Shown: piece after piece, positions 25,429 to 37,027 of the stretch
Layout: every line of letters begins with the position of its first letter
How positions within the stretch are numbered: the first letter of the stretch is position 1
Source: Bigelowiella natans CCMP2755
Taxonomy: Eukaryota > Protista > Cercozoa
Assembly (NCBI GenBank): GCA_000320545.1
Contig: ADNK01001676.1
Coordinates: forward strand, 1 to 53,370
Direction of reading: 5' to 3'
Length of the DNA stretch: 53,370 bases
Notes under the pieces: model-generated
Told to the model about the DNA's origin: nothing
The model's input: the letters and a program-made list of their open reading frames with translations, nothing else
The model's database searches: none
Position numbers and translations under genes: made by a program

Positions 25429-26916
25429 TTCCACGGATTCTACAAAATGAGTAATCGCAAGTAAACATTCGATCCCGAGAGGCGGGCGTGCGCGACAATG
25501 GCGGAAGTGCCTTTGGATGAAGTTTCCTTCTTCTCCTCTGACATGCTGGAGAACTTCTGCGTGAGCGTGCGCAGTTTACTCAGGCGTATTCTACTGATGT
25601 ACATGTATCAAATAACACAATATATACAGAGTGCAGTATTAGTATGAATGCCAGTGCGTTTGACCCCGAGGGCAAGAAGAAATGTACACATATAATGGGG
25701 ATTGATCATCACCCCCTCACCTTCCTGCATGTACCTGCTGTGAACTCCACGGATTCGAAGAGAGGACCTCCAAATAAAAAAGCCGTAGCGCATACACTAG
25801 GACGTTTACATTAAGGAAAGGAAATGGTTTTAGGATTGAATAAGAAGCAGGGAGGGACAAGAGAAATGATCCCCTGCCAACTCGCTGCGATATATAAACT
25901 TTTGCGATTTTTTAAACCCCACCGGCGAAGTATTTCTGTACACAACTAAAGCCCGCATGTATATATCCACCCCCATCTTTCCAAATGCTCTCTTGTGTAA
26001 AGCCTCATCCAATATATGAGGATTCTGAATTGGCAGCGGAGAGGGGTAGGATAGGCAGCTTACCTGGGGCAACGCGAAATGGTTAAAATTGTAGAAAATC
26101 TTTTTAGGTAAATTTACGTATAAATCTTTCCATTATTTTTTAGAAGTGTAAAATATTTTGGCCCTGTGTCACGAAAGAGTACAGATACTTTTCACGATGT
26201 TATCAGGGTAAACCTCGATCTAGGAAATTGAGTTCCTCGAAATTTCCTAGAAAAGTGTTTTATTCTATTCCGACAAGATAAATCTCGTGTCTTTCCACAA
26301 AAATACACCTCATATTTACTCATTTTCTTGCTCGCGGCGAGTTTCTGTATTCTCCGGATGAGAAATGCTAGAACGCCTAAGAATGTCAGAGATAATGTTG
26401 TAATATTTTCTGTCGTATAATAAAAATATACTACTTTTTGGGAACCGAAGAAATTAGAATGAGCATGCGGAAAGCGGGACTTCGGACAAGGAAGATGAAT
26501 TCCGTATGTTACTGTGAGAGAGACAATATACCATGGTAGTCTTAGTTTAAAATATCATGCCATTTCGAATATTTTACATCCTTTACGCGGTTAAATAATT
26601 TTTCGCGGAGTTTAGACATTCAGTCAGGAAAATTAAAATTTTCACCTTCAAACGTCTTTTGTTTATATATAACGACATCAATTTTAATGAATAATGATGA
26701 AAATATTAGTGGATTTACTTAAGATCTCTAGCTTTTTTATGACAATCACGTTCTGAACACAAATTTAATAAGGTTCGCCCCCTCCCAGCGCAGCGATGCG
26801 GCGATCGATTGATCACGGACAGGATCGTGTTGGGGCAGGCCGTGTGCCTCATTTTCGCGATTCCTTGTCCTATGGCAATTTTCTAACCACATATTTTCTG
26901 CTCCAGGTAGATCACC
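25429..26916. promoter_or_regulatory. Divergent (bidirectional) promoter region TRM1/EIF3I
   Basis: Head-to-head start codons with an AT-rich core. No specific sites are claimed. Confidence 0.5.
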
Positions 26917-27843
26917 ATGCCGACACGGCCGATCATCATGAAGGGGCACACCCGCCCCATCACGCAGGTGCTATATAACCACGATGGAGATCTCATCTTC
27001 TCGTGCTCCAAAGATAAAGTTGTCACGTGCTGGCGAAGCGATAGCGGGGAGCGTCTTGGTAGTGATAATACGATTAGTTTCGATATGCAGGAAAATTCAG
27101 CTGTAGGAAGAAGCTGCAGTTACATTTCCCCTTTCCCTTCCATTCTTCCCCTTACAATCTGCAACACACACATACATCGACATCGTAATATTGCGCTATC
27201 CTCATACCCACCTAATGCTACACAGGCACATATGAGCAGCACCGTGGTGCTGTGAACGCCATAGACGTCGATCGGTTGACGACAACAGTCGCATCGGCCG
27301 CTTCTGATAGCTACGTGAAGTTATGGGAGGCCCAAACGGGGCAAAAGAAAGGCGTTTTCAAAGTGGAATCCAGCGCGAGAGCGGTCAACTTCGCTCTCGG
27401 CGACAAGTTGCTTCTGGCAGCCCAGGATAAACAGTATGACCATCATTAAGCTAAGCCTCTTCGTTCCTTCCCTTCCTCATGCTGACCTCTCCCCCCTTCT
27501 CTTCCATTTCTTCGCCCTGCCTTTTTTAGAATGGGAAAGCAGCCCGCAGTCTTTATATACACAATTGGCAAAGATGAAGTTACAGACGGCGACTACAACG
27601 AGGACGGAAGCTTACGATCAAGCTTCGATGATGAAGCTAATCCAATGAAGTACTCCATTGCTAGGACTTATGTCGATGATGATGATGTTAATGATGTAAT
27701 CGTGTTTGCTTGTATGATCGTGCTTTTCATGATCGTTATGTTAATGTGCAACATTTGGTTAGATACACCGCCAAACTCGTCCACGAGGAGAAATCCAAAG
27801 TAAAATCTGAACTCCGCTTTCCCAACACCAATTTGCTCTTTCT

Positions 27844-27883
<40 letters not shown>

Positions 27884-28914
27884 TCACCCTCTTTCTTTCT
27901 GTGTGCGAGTGTGTGTAATTATCTATTAATCCACGTGAGAGAGTACATTTACGGCGTACGACAAGAGACCGCCGCAAAATATACAGTCGGAAGCATAAGT
28001 CGTTTGAGATCAACCTTCACGTTTGTCTTATGTCCTCCTATCGCACACTGATTTTGCTGTTTATCACAAAAATCAAATATATTAGATAAATTACGTGAAC
28101 ATTGTCTCCATAAATATCACTACTGCATCGACATGTACACGCGCCCGTGCGTCGTCGCACTCAACTAATGAAACTGTTTACCCGCAGATCAACATCGTGA
28201 GCGCGAAATGGTGCGATATGAACAAAACCATCGTCACTGCGCACGAGGACGGAATGGTGAGAAAGTGGGACGTGGAGACGCAAAAGGTACGTACCGATTC
28301 AACGTGTTGGGTAGTATCCTCCTCTCGTTAGATGGTGTATCTCCAGCGGATGGTGAATACAGTTTTCCCCTGAGCACTCTACCGCTGCTTGGGCAAAATC
28401 ATCAACTCGTTTGGTTTTGAAGTGAGAGTGGATGCAGTGCTGCTGTTGCTGCTGCCGCTGCTACTGTTGAAAATGGGCGAGTTTTGCGCTTTGCTATATA
28501 GAGTAATTATTGATCGCTGACACCTTGCACCGCGCCCCTCCCCTCCACCCACCCCCCGATGTTCAATGGTTAGATTCTGAAGGAAGTCCGGGCATGCGAA
28601 ACCCATATAAACTCAATGTCGTTCAGCAGAGACCAGACTATGCTTATAGCGGCCTCCCAGGTGGGGTGGACTGATTGCGTGTTTGTGTGATTCGCTGTGT
28701 GTGCAAACGGAGTGATGGGCAGGAGGGGGGGGGAGCGGGGGGGAGGGCCTAATAAGATTATGATATGATGTAGCATGTTATTGTAGAAATGAAGAAGTAT
28801 ATATATTGTGTGTGTGGGTGTGTGTGTGTGTACGTGTGTGTACATACATATATAAATTTATTTATTTCTAATGGAAATAGTTAAACGGTGCGGTTAGAGG
28901 CTCACGCACTCTCA

Positions 28915-28955
<41 letters not shown>

Positions 28956-28956
28956 C

Positions 28957-28997
<41 letters not shown>

Positions 28998-29950
28998 TAT
29001 GCCCTTACGTTTACAGGCCGACCAATGCGGAAAGTTAATCGATGCAAAGACTCTAAAAGTTCTCAAAACGTGAGTTGCGAGCGATAGCAGGCATGCAGCA
29101 TGTTTCTTATCCTCACTAGCCGCCCCTTAACACGCATCGGCCTTTTATGCAGCCCCCATCTCACATATGGCACTTGCACATTTAGGTACAAATCCAACCG
29201 TCCTATTAATGCTGCTGCAATATCACCAACATACAACCAAGTAAGTAGTCTGGCACTATGAAAGCTTTGAAGTATAAAGACCCAGTATGCGACAGGAGAA
29301 CCGCCATCTTGGCTCTTCGTCATAATAGCGACGTTGTATGTTTTCGCTTGAGAAGGGGAGGAGGGATGGGGAGGTTGAGCTGATTCATGAGTAGTCACTC
29401 ACTGCCAGCCATTTAGAAGGAACGGGGGAGGGATATGCCAGATATTCATTTCACAACTATTTTTGCATCGAAATTGGAGAAGAAGAAATAGCAGTAGAGG
29501 CAACAATCGTGATAATTTTTGCCCACAATTAGGTCCTAATTGGAGGCGGTATTCAAGCACGAGATGTTGCGCTGGTGGACTCGCGTATGTCGCACTTTGA
29601 AGTAGATTTTTGGCACATCTGTTATCAGGTCTGTTCTTCTACCATGATCCGTTTGTCATGATTTCCCTTTTGCTCAATTACATCGAATGACATCCCAAGC
29701 AAAGCCGATATGAGTCTGGTGCGCGCATAGATGGCCGTTATCTACAACATCGCTTTATTCTCGCATTGATCGCATGTCGAATTTAAATCAGTTCTACATG
29801 GGATCCGCTCGAGGGCACTTCGGTCCTGTGAATTCCATCGATATACATCCCAATGGAAAATCCTTTGTGAGCGGCGGAGAGGAGGGGGAGATCCGTCTGC
29901 ACCATATGGATAGCGTGTATGTCAAATCGAGCAACCAGATGGAACTTTAA
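26917..29950 (+). CDS. EIF3I: Translation initiation factor 3 subunit I (WD40), multi-exon
   Basis: [71 protein letters not shown] and [32 protein letters not shown] (TAA at 29948-29950). Confidence 0.95.
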
Positions 29951-30632
29951 ACGATTAGTAAGTTATGAAGGGTAGTTGTTTGTGTGTGAGGAAAATATGC
30001 TGCAGCAGATGTCAATGGCAGATGTTGTGATGCTTCATCATGGAAAATTTAGGCAGCAGTTTGTCGCAAATCAATGCAGCCTATCGTTGCGTCGTTGCAT
30101 TACGCAGCCACACATAACTAGATGAATGTGTGCATGTTTGGGTTGACTGGAGTGTTGCATTACGACATCGCGTCCGCGCGCACGACCTGCATCTCATTGC
30201 GCGTGGAAGGCGTCAACTTCATTCATTAGCTAGCGGCCTGTGAAGACACTCTAGCACTGCAATTCGTAGGCGGCACTAGTGCAAGTCCACACTTCATTCT
30301 GTAATTAGCTCACAGACGCGCTGCTCGCCAATGCTTGTTGTTGCACGCTGATGTAATCAAAGCTTTTGAAAACAAAACACTAAGCCCCTGATGATGAAGA
30401 CACATTGTGAGCTTGAGCATGCATGCTGAAACAAGCTCCCAAGAGGACATTGCCGCTCGCACGCGGGTCTTTTGACTTTTGCGCGCGCATTTCACTTTGC
30501 TGCAACTAGCTCAGTTGAACACATCACATCACGCCATTTTCAGATTGAAAAGGCAACATTTTCCCCCAACATTGCATTGTTTCGCTAACTTGTGCTGCAA
30601 AAGTTCCCTTTTGCAACACAGCATCTTCCATG

Positions 30633-30712
30633 TCGCACTGGCCCAAGCGGGGCCAAAATGCCAAACTCACTAACCACTTTCGCACTGGCCCAAGCGGGGC
30701 CAAAATGCCAAA
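30633..30712. repeat. Perfect 33-bp direct repeat, two copies with a 14-bp spacer
   Basis: TCGCACTGGCCCAAGCGGGGCCAAAATGCCAAA at 30633-30665 and 30680-30712. Confidence 0.9.
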
Positions 30713-31520
30713 TTTGCCAACTCATTTTGCCCCCCCAGCATGCATCCAACACACTGCTACCAAAACCAAACCAGAACAAAACTGCATCATGAATGCAAGC
30801 ACACGCTTGGTGGTCATGACCGACCACACATTCAGTGATCTAGCATGGCGGTGATCATGCGCTTCACAGACACACGCGACTTAGCGACGCTGTCTAGCTG
30901 TGTGTTCGAGCGGCGCTCTGGGCATCCTGCATGCATGCCCATTGACTCTCTAGTGTTGCTAGATTGTGGGGCCCATCAGCTAGCTAGCCTGCATGAATCA
31001 ATCTAGCAATTGGTGTCAAGCGCATGCATTCTAGCATTCACTAGTTCAGCACGCGATGAGCACAAGCATGCCAGATCGAATTCCCATGCTAGCATGATGT
31101 GAGCTAGCTAGCTAGAGAGTCCATGAGCTACGCTAGCTAGAACACCAGAACGAGATTCTAGTTGGTCAAGCACAACAAAATGACATTTGACCTAGCTAGC
31201 TAGAGAACGACATGGATGGCTTGCTTAACCATGCACGTGGAATCGAACAAGTCAGAGTTGACGTGCTAGCGTGTGTGAACAAAGTGAGAATCGAAATCGA
31301 CTAGTCGAGGGAGTGTGCCCAGTCATCACTAGATTTGCCAGACATCTCTAGTAGCTAGATCTGAACAATGCTAGAATGGGAGTGATGATGTGACACGGAT
31401 GCACACCTGGCCATGAAAAGAAAAAAAAAGATGCATCCCTATTGTAGGTTTTGATCTCTGAGTCCCGACAGGTTCCCAATCATTGCGGACAGGAACGTGA
31501 GACCATTGTAGTCTAGATAG

Positions 31521-32049
31521 TTATGCGTACAAAAGACTTTTGATAGCAAGTTTAGATGCCCCTACTTGACCCTGAAGATTGTACTTTTCGATCCACTTCT
31601 CAAAGGTGTTTTGTGCCACATCGAGATTCAATTCTGGATTTGACCACCTAATTTGAAGTTGAACTTTAAAACTGGGCTGATGACTCTCCGTAGTAGTGTC
31701 TGCAAAACCAGTAACTCTGAATCCCATAAGCCTATTCACTAGATCAGAAGAAATTTTTTTCCGCATTGTTTCTACAACAGCTTTGAAATTTTCTTTTGAC
31801 AGTTTTCTCTGATAAAAACAAATAAAAGTATCAGAATGGATTCAACTCCGAGATTTTTTGTGTGATGTTAACCTCGAAAAACATCTCGATCACGAATTTC
31901 ACGAAGTCCACCTCCAAGGTTTCAGTGTTATCGACGTTGCTCTTGCCTTGTTCCTGAGCATGCACCTCTTTTCGATCATTTATGTCCTCCTCAGCAAATC
32001 TTGGCTCCGAGATTCCAAACACTTTTGTAAAGATGATATTAGTGAACAA
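31521..32049 (-). CDS. Conserved orphan protein, copy B; intron 31809-31872
   Basis: A 64-nt GT..AG intron joins LEVDFVKFVIEMFFE to RKLSKENFKAVVETMRKKISSDLVNRLMGFRVTGFAD..IKSLLYA* in frame. The 5' end is uncertain. Confidence 0.65.
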
Positions 32050-32251
32050 ACTATATCATCTCATCCCAAACATTCGCAGAATACTTAAGTATTTGGGAAC
32101 TTGATTACAAATATTGGATTACTGATTCGACTTCTATACTAGTTCACATGATATATCATCCCATCCAAATATGCATAGTATATCGAAGTTTTTAGGGACT
32201 TGAATACATACGTTAGACGTTAGAGTACTGATTCGACTTCTATACTAGTTC
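32046..32251. repeat. Diverged tandem duplication of about 100-106 bp
   Basis: The identical 26-mer TACTGATTCGACTTCTATACTAGTTC occurs at 32120-32145 and 32226-32251, with similar upstream flanks. Confidence 0.8.
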
Positions 32252-32298
32252 TTATACGATCTAATAGCCAATAGTATGATCCATCTACAAAGTATAAC

Positions 32299-33273
32299 TC
32301 AATATTTTTTACCAGAGAGGAACAGTAGTAGAATGATAGTCAACTGAGAATTGAGAACTTTAGTCAATTCACTCCCAAAGGTGATATTCGAGCATTCTTC
32401 CAGAGTACTGTCGTTTGAGTATCCCAACCCAAGTAAGGTTTCTACCAAAGATGATTCCGGGAAGTATCCAGGGACACAGAGTAGCAGTAACTCCGGTAAG
32501 ACAACCAGTGTAGCAGTCACTATGAATAACAGATTGCTCTCTAAACAACTAAACTTGTGACGGAACTTAGTTCTAATTGGCGGGAAACTTTTCCCTTGGT
32601 CGTGCTGATGGCTCCAAATTAGTAGGAGCATTAGCAAGATGGCATCGATGAACAGAATGGCGGTTTCAGTTTTAGTTACAATGTCGGGGAGAATCTCCTT
32701 CACGAGTAAGTCACTATAGATCATTGGTAAGGCAGAGAGGGAGAAACGTAAGCTGTATAAAGGTCCTAGATATCTAAAAATAATGGACTTTTCCATGCAC
32801 CACTTGTAGAGCAGCATCATAGATATTCCAAGGGACACCCAATTATGCGAGAGGAAATTGACTAGTATACTTGGAACCTGAGCACCAAGACGGATTACTC
32901 CTGCTATAAGTGCTGCGAGGCTAATCCAAAAGTACGAAAAATTGTTTTGTTTTGAAGAGTCATATGATGAGGGTTTCCACATATTCATGCCAACATAGCT
33001 TTCACAGAGTAGGCGTCCAATGTGTAAAGACTCCATAGCCACTGGGGAAAGGTTCCAGGTCTTTATAAGTTCCAAAGATGATGTAATTAGGTAGTAAGCT
33101 GCAACGACGAAAACCATGGACTGGGACCAATTTTCGCGAAGTTTGACATACAGTGCCAGGAGTGCCCGGACGATGAGTGTTTTGAAAATTGCAATGAGCA
33201 GCAGTTCAATCGACATGCCAACTCTGCAGCCGCTAGTGTTGAAGAGCATGGAGTAAATCTTGGCTACAGCCAC
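32299..33273 (-). CDS. Multi-pass membrane protein, divergent ERD2/KDEL-receptor-like N-terminal part plus two extra TMs
   Basis: 324-aa ORF with many hydrophobic segments. The motif series KIY..SGC.VGMS, SYDSSKQNNF, IIFRYLGPLYSLR, ILFID, QGKSFP parallels ERD2 (KIW..SCAGIS, TYD..DTF, ITTHYLFFLGLYR, FYCD, KGKK.LP). Confidence 0.5.
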   Translation of the reverse strand: MAVAKIYSMLFNTSGCRVGMSIELLLIAIFKTLIVRALLALYVKLRENWSQSMVFVVAAYYLITSSLELIKTWNLSPVAMESLHIGRLLCESYVGMNMWKPSSYDSSKQNNFSYFWISLAALIAGVIRLGAQVPSILVNFLSHNWVSLGISMMLLYKWCMEKSIIFRYLGPLYSLRFSLSALPMIYSDLLVKEILPDIVTKTETAILFIDAILLMLLLIWSHQHDQGKSFPPIRTKFRHKFSCLESNLLFIVTATLVVLPELLLLCVPGYFPESSLVETLLGLGYSNDSTLEECSNITFGSELTKVLNSQLTIILLLFLSGKKY

Positions 33274-34609
33274 AATTTTCAGGATCGCAGTGGGTGCTGT
33301 CGATCTGTCGATTCGGTCACGACTGTGATGTATCGCAACAGAGCAGAATGAGAAATGAGGCTTCCAGATGCCGTGAGCCCTGAGTTCGTGATCTAGGTTG
33401 AAACATTGAATTGACTGTAGAAAGCCGACTTAGGCCATGTCGTTTCTGGAAAACGTCTTCGACTTGCCGAAGCTATCAATCGTTTGTAAAGTCGTCTTGA
33501 ATGCTTTGAGGCAGGCGTCATCCAGAGGACAGTCAAGGAGTCCGCGCCAAGAGTCCACTGTGCAAACAGAATCGTGTATGAAGAGTCCGACACAGAATCG
33601 ATTGAGCAGGCAACCATCTTCAATCGTCAACACTATTTGGGAATTACAATGATAAATTGGCCTTTTATTGATGGCTCTGACAACATCGTACCGCACTGGA
33701 GTCCACAATGAAGAATGAAAAAAAGCATTGATGAATGAACACTATCAAATTTCATATTACGACATACATCTGATTCTGATTATGGAGAAGAAATCGCGCA
33801 TCACCATGCAACCAGAGCCGCCATGCAACCAGAGCACCCATGTGCTGCTACTTTTCTGTCACTGTCAAACTTGTCGAGCTCTACGTTCACTGTCAAAACA
33901 TTGCGCTTCACAACCGTCTTCACATCCAACTTGAGGCAATTTAAAGCATTTTTGGTAGATCTAATCCGTAAGCGGCGGGAGCCTCCACAAGATTTGGTAC
34001 TGAACACGTACAGTGTAGCTGGACTGAATTCATTCTTTCACGAATTCTTTATCCTTCACAATCCCTCAAGCAAGGACGTTTTGCAGTACTACAAAGGTTT
34101 GCACGGACTCCGTTCTTGGAGACCAGTGCTCCAAGAAATACGAGGCGTCAATTTGTGCAGTAATTGTTCTAAACCGCATGTAAATGGTGGCTACGACAAA
34201 GAACAAATCAAAAATTATCTGCAGCTCTTGTACATCCCATGGACTCCAATCGCACCAAAAGTATTCAGATAGCTGCAAAGCAGCAATCTTGGAAAAATTG
34301 GAAATCTTGCTCGAAATCCTAATAAATCTCAAAATTTTGGCATGCATTCTCTCTTTTTGCGGAAAAATCCAGGAAGTTTACGAAATTTTCAAGATATTTC
34401 TGAAGCGTGACGTGCTAAAATTGTCAGTCTTTTCTCATCATTAATGAGAGCGCTTGTGCAAGATGAATCTTCGCTTCTTCACCTTTGAAAGCTATTTTAC
34501 CTTCCGCCAATGCTGGAGACTGATGATGACAACCTGACCTTTGTGTCTGAGGGACCTAGCATCAGCAGCTACCTCAACATGGAGACTAGGTCGTTGAAAC
34601 TGACATCGC

Positions 34610-34822
34610 ATGCCAATGTGCGCGCGCAACTTACTGCGTGGAATGTCAAAATCGATTAGGTTTGCCAATAGCGATTCCATGAACATCCATGGTCTCCAAG
34701 TTGAAATTCTTCGCCAAAAGAATCACATCAAAGAGTTGAAGAGCGAAATCTCTAGATTGCGTTCAACATCCACAACAAACATGGTGATGAATACCTTCAT
34801 AGTGGTATTTAGATGTGGTTAG
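34610..34822 (+). CDS. Small coiled-coil protein fragment (cluster B)
   Basis: LQVEILRQKNHIKELKSEISRLRS; lies directly upstream of BED copy B, as 9335-9658 does in copy A. Confidence 0.35.
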   Translation: MPMCARNLLRGMSKSIRFANSDSMNIHGLQVEILRQKNHIKELKSEISRLRSTSTTNMVMNTFIVVFRCG

Positions 34823-35308
34823 ACTGCCAAACTATTACTCTATCACCACCATGCCATCGAACAAAATGTCTTATCATCATAGACAGCTTAAATCATACAG
34901 ATTCAGTTTGTGCACTAGTGCTCAAAACACAATTCATTCTTCTTTTTGACGTACACTTGTGTGGTTGTGTGTCTCAGGCCAACGGGAAGGTATGCCATTC
35001 ATCAAAGTCAGAAGAAACTTGCATTCATTCGTACACCTTTTCAATAGATCGACCAAATCTCGCAATCATTACTGAAGGCTTGGGTCGAGAAGATACTTTT
35101 AAGCATTAGCTGTGAAAAGGATAAAGAAAAAGAAATTGTACAATAATAACAAATGTTTTTGCAACATCCCGGTTATTTGTTTTTTTGGCTTCAGAAAGCA
35201 AAGTGCGATTTATGGAATTATAAAAAGGGTACCCTAAAAATCAAGTAACGCAGCTATTCGATAATGTGTTTGTTTGTTTAAAGGCATCAAAATGACACTG
35301 ACTATCTG

Positions 35309-36010
35309 ATGGATATTTGGAGGGAAAATGTTGATGATAATCTACAGTTTGTAAAATGCGAACGATGTGGGAAACGAATAAAAATAATCAAAATACGTTC
35401 TCCAGGGAGAGCAAGTCAGGATAGAGAAAATATGATGAAGCATCTCTTGCTGTCATGCATCAAACTAAATGAAAAACAGAAACTATTGATCAAGGGCCTA
35501 ATGAGAGATGGGATGAAGGATGAGGGGGTTATTCAACGTCTGGAATTGAAAGAACTGCAAGATGCTTTCTTGATAATGGAAAACAATATGAAGCGCCAAT
35601 TTCCTTTGTTTGAAAATGCTGTGAAGGAGTATGCCAACAATATCAACAACAACAAACACAGTTCAGCGATACGGATTGAACTTTTGGGTATCAATAAGCG
35701 ATCTATTATTAGACAAATTTCACAATTTTCAGTGAGGGAATCTCAAAGGCAGATCACTAATACTCAAAATAGCGGAACCGATCGAAAGGATATCAACTCA
35801 AATTGGGCAGCTGGTCCCTCTACTACAAAACGTAAACGTCACATTGAGTACCAAAAAGTGCCTCCTAATATTTTGCTCACTGACTGCAATGATAAAAAAG
35901 CTAGCTTCACATCAAAAGATTTTAGCAACGGTTATGAAGAGGGATTGCTTAGTCCTACATGTGCTAGCCTAAAATATGATTCCAGCGCGTTCACCTTTGA
36001 AGACGAATAA
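35309..36010 (+). CDS. BED-type zinc-finger protein, copy B
   Basis: MDIWR..VKCERC..KIRSPGR..ENMMKHLLLSC. Shares DAF, NM, QFP and ELLGI blocks with 8194-9147. Confidence 0.7.
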   Translation: MDIWRENVDDNLQFVKCERCGKRIKIIKIRSPGRASQDRENMMKHLLLSCIKLNEKQKLLIKGLMRDGMKDEGVIQRLELKELQDAFLIMENNMKRQFPLFENAVKEYANNINNNKHSSAIRIELLGINKRSIIRQISQFSVRESQRQITNTQNSGTDRKDINSNWAAGPSTTKRKRHIEYQKVPPNILLTDCNDKKASFTSKDFSNGYEEGLLSPTCASLKYDSSAFTFEDE

Positions 36011-37027
36011 AATATGGGCGACATTAGACATTGCCGAAATGCTTGGAAGCCATTTTGGAGATTTAGTTACTTGCTGTTTCGCAAAAGCAATTAAGTTTTG
36101 AGGACTTTCTGTCAAGGATTCCTCTATCCATACAAAGTTCTATGAAGTTTATATTTCTCAGTCATAGTTTTTCATGCAGATGGACCTATGTACGAAAATA
36201 GAAACATAAAGGAATGTTACACGTAAAAGTATCAGCAACATGAGCTAAAGGCACAGACATGATTTGAACACTTGTCACTGAAAATCATCCTCGCCTATTG
36301 GCACAGCTAAAATATTTTCTCGTCGCAACAAAGATGAACCAATGCCAGCAGAGCAGCCACTTTGGTGCGCATTGTTGTGTAGTGTTCTAGTCTAGTAGTG
36401 TCGACTGATCTAGATAATCATTTCATTCATGTCGAGTCATTTGCACATCTCGTGTTCACATCAGAGACTCACATCACTGCTAGACTATTCTGACGCAGAT
36501 GCGATGGCATGTTGCCGGCTATGGTCACATGCAAGCGCTCATTTTGTCCAATGACACACGCTCATGTTTTTTTAGATTTTACTGGATTAATGAACTTCAC
36601 ATGTTCTAGATGTTGCATGCTTTCTTGGCACTGAAGTGCTACAGGATTGATCCCTACATTATAGTCTAGATAGTTTAATTTCTGATATGTACTTTTATGC
36701 ATACTTGCTTCATTCGTTTTCATTCATTGTTAATCAAATTGCACATATCTAGAGCAGCTTCGTACTTTAACACAGAAGAGCCGAACAAATTCCATTATCT
36801 TCCGCTCACGTACAAAGATTTTCAGTTTTTAAGAGAGAGAGAGAGCGAGAGAGAGAGAGAGAGAGATTTGGATTTGGCAGGCCTAGTATCAATCTGCTAC
36901 TTCAACAGCTGCTAGCCTCGGTGTTATATTGACGCTCTTCAAGATTGCGTATGCTATGAATACAAGCTCTTGACTCGTTTCGTTTCCGATAAAAGTGCTG
37001 CTGCAAGTCAAATTTCTTCTGAATCGC

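Larger units (their letters stand above)
31521..36010. mobile_element. Accessory gene cluster, copy B (inverted relative to copy A); boundaries approximate
   Basis: Same gene order as 8194-14215 on the opposite strand. No termini or transposase were seen. Confidence 0.4.

Noticed and set aside
30633-30712. CRISPR array
   Set aside because: Only two repeats with a 14-bp spacer, in a eukaryotic context with no cas genes.
7694-31453. 13-bp exact match ATTGTAGGTTTTG at 7694 and 31441 as element termini
   Set aside because: Matches of this length are expected by chance in 53 kb, and the flanks do not align convincingly.
9785-34347. MHA....F...SSK similarity between ORFs 9785-10033(+) and 34066-34347(-)
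   Set aside because: The position is syntenic but only 7 of 14 residues match and the similarity does not extend. Not enough to call homology.
8194-36010. Provirophage, Polinton or giant-virus insertion
   Set aside because: No capsid, packaging ATPase, pPolB, integrase or long TIR was recognised by eye. This is not excluded without profile searches.
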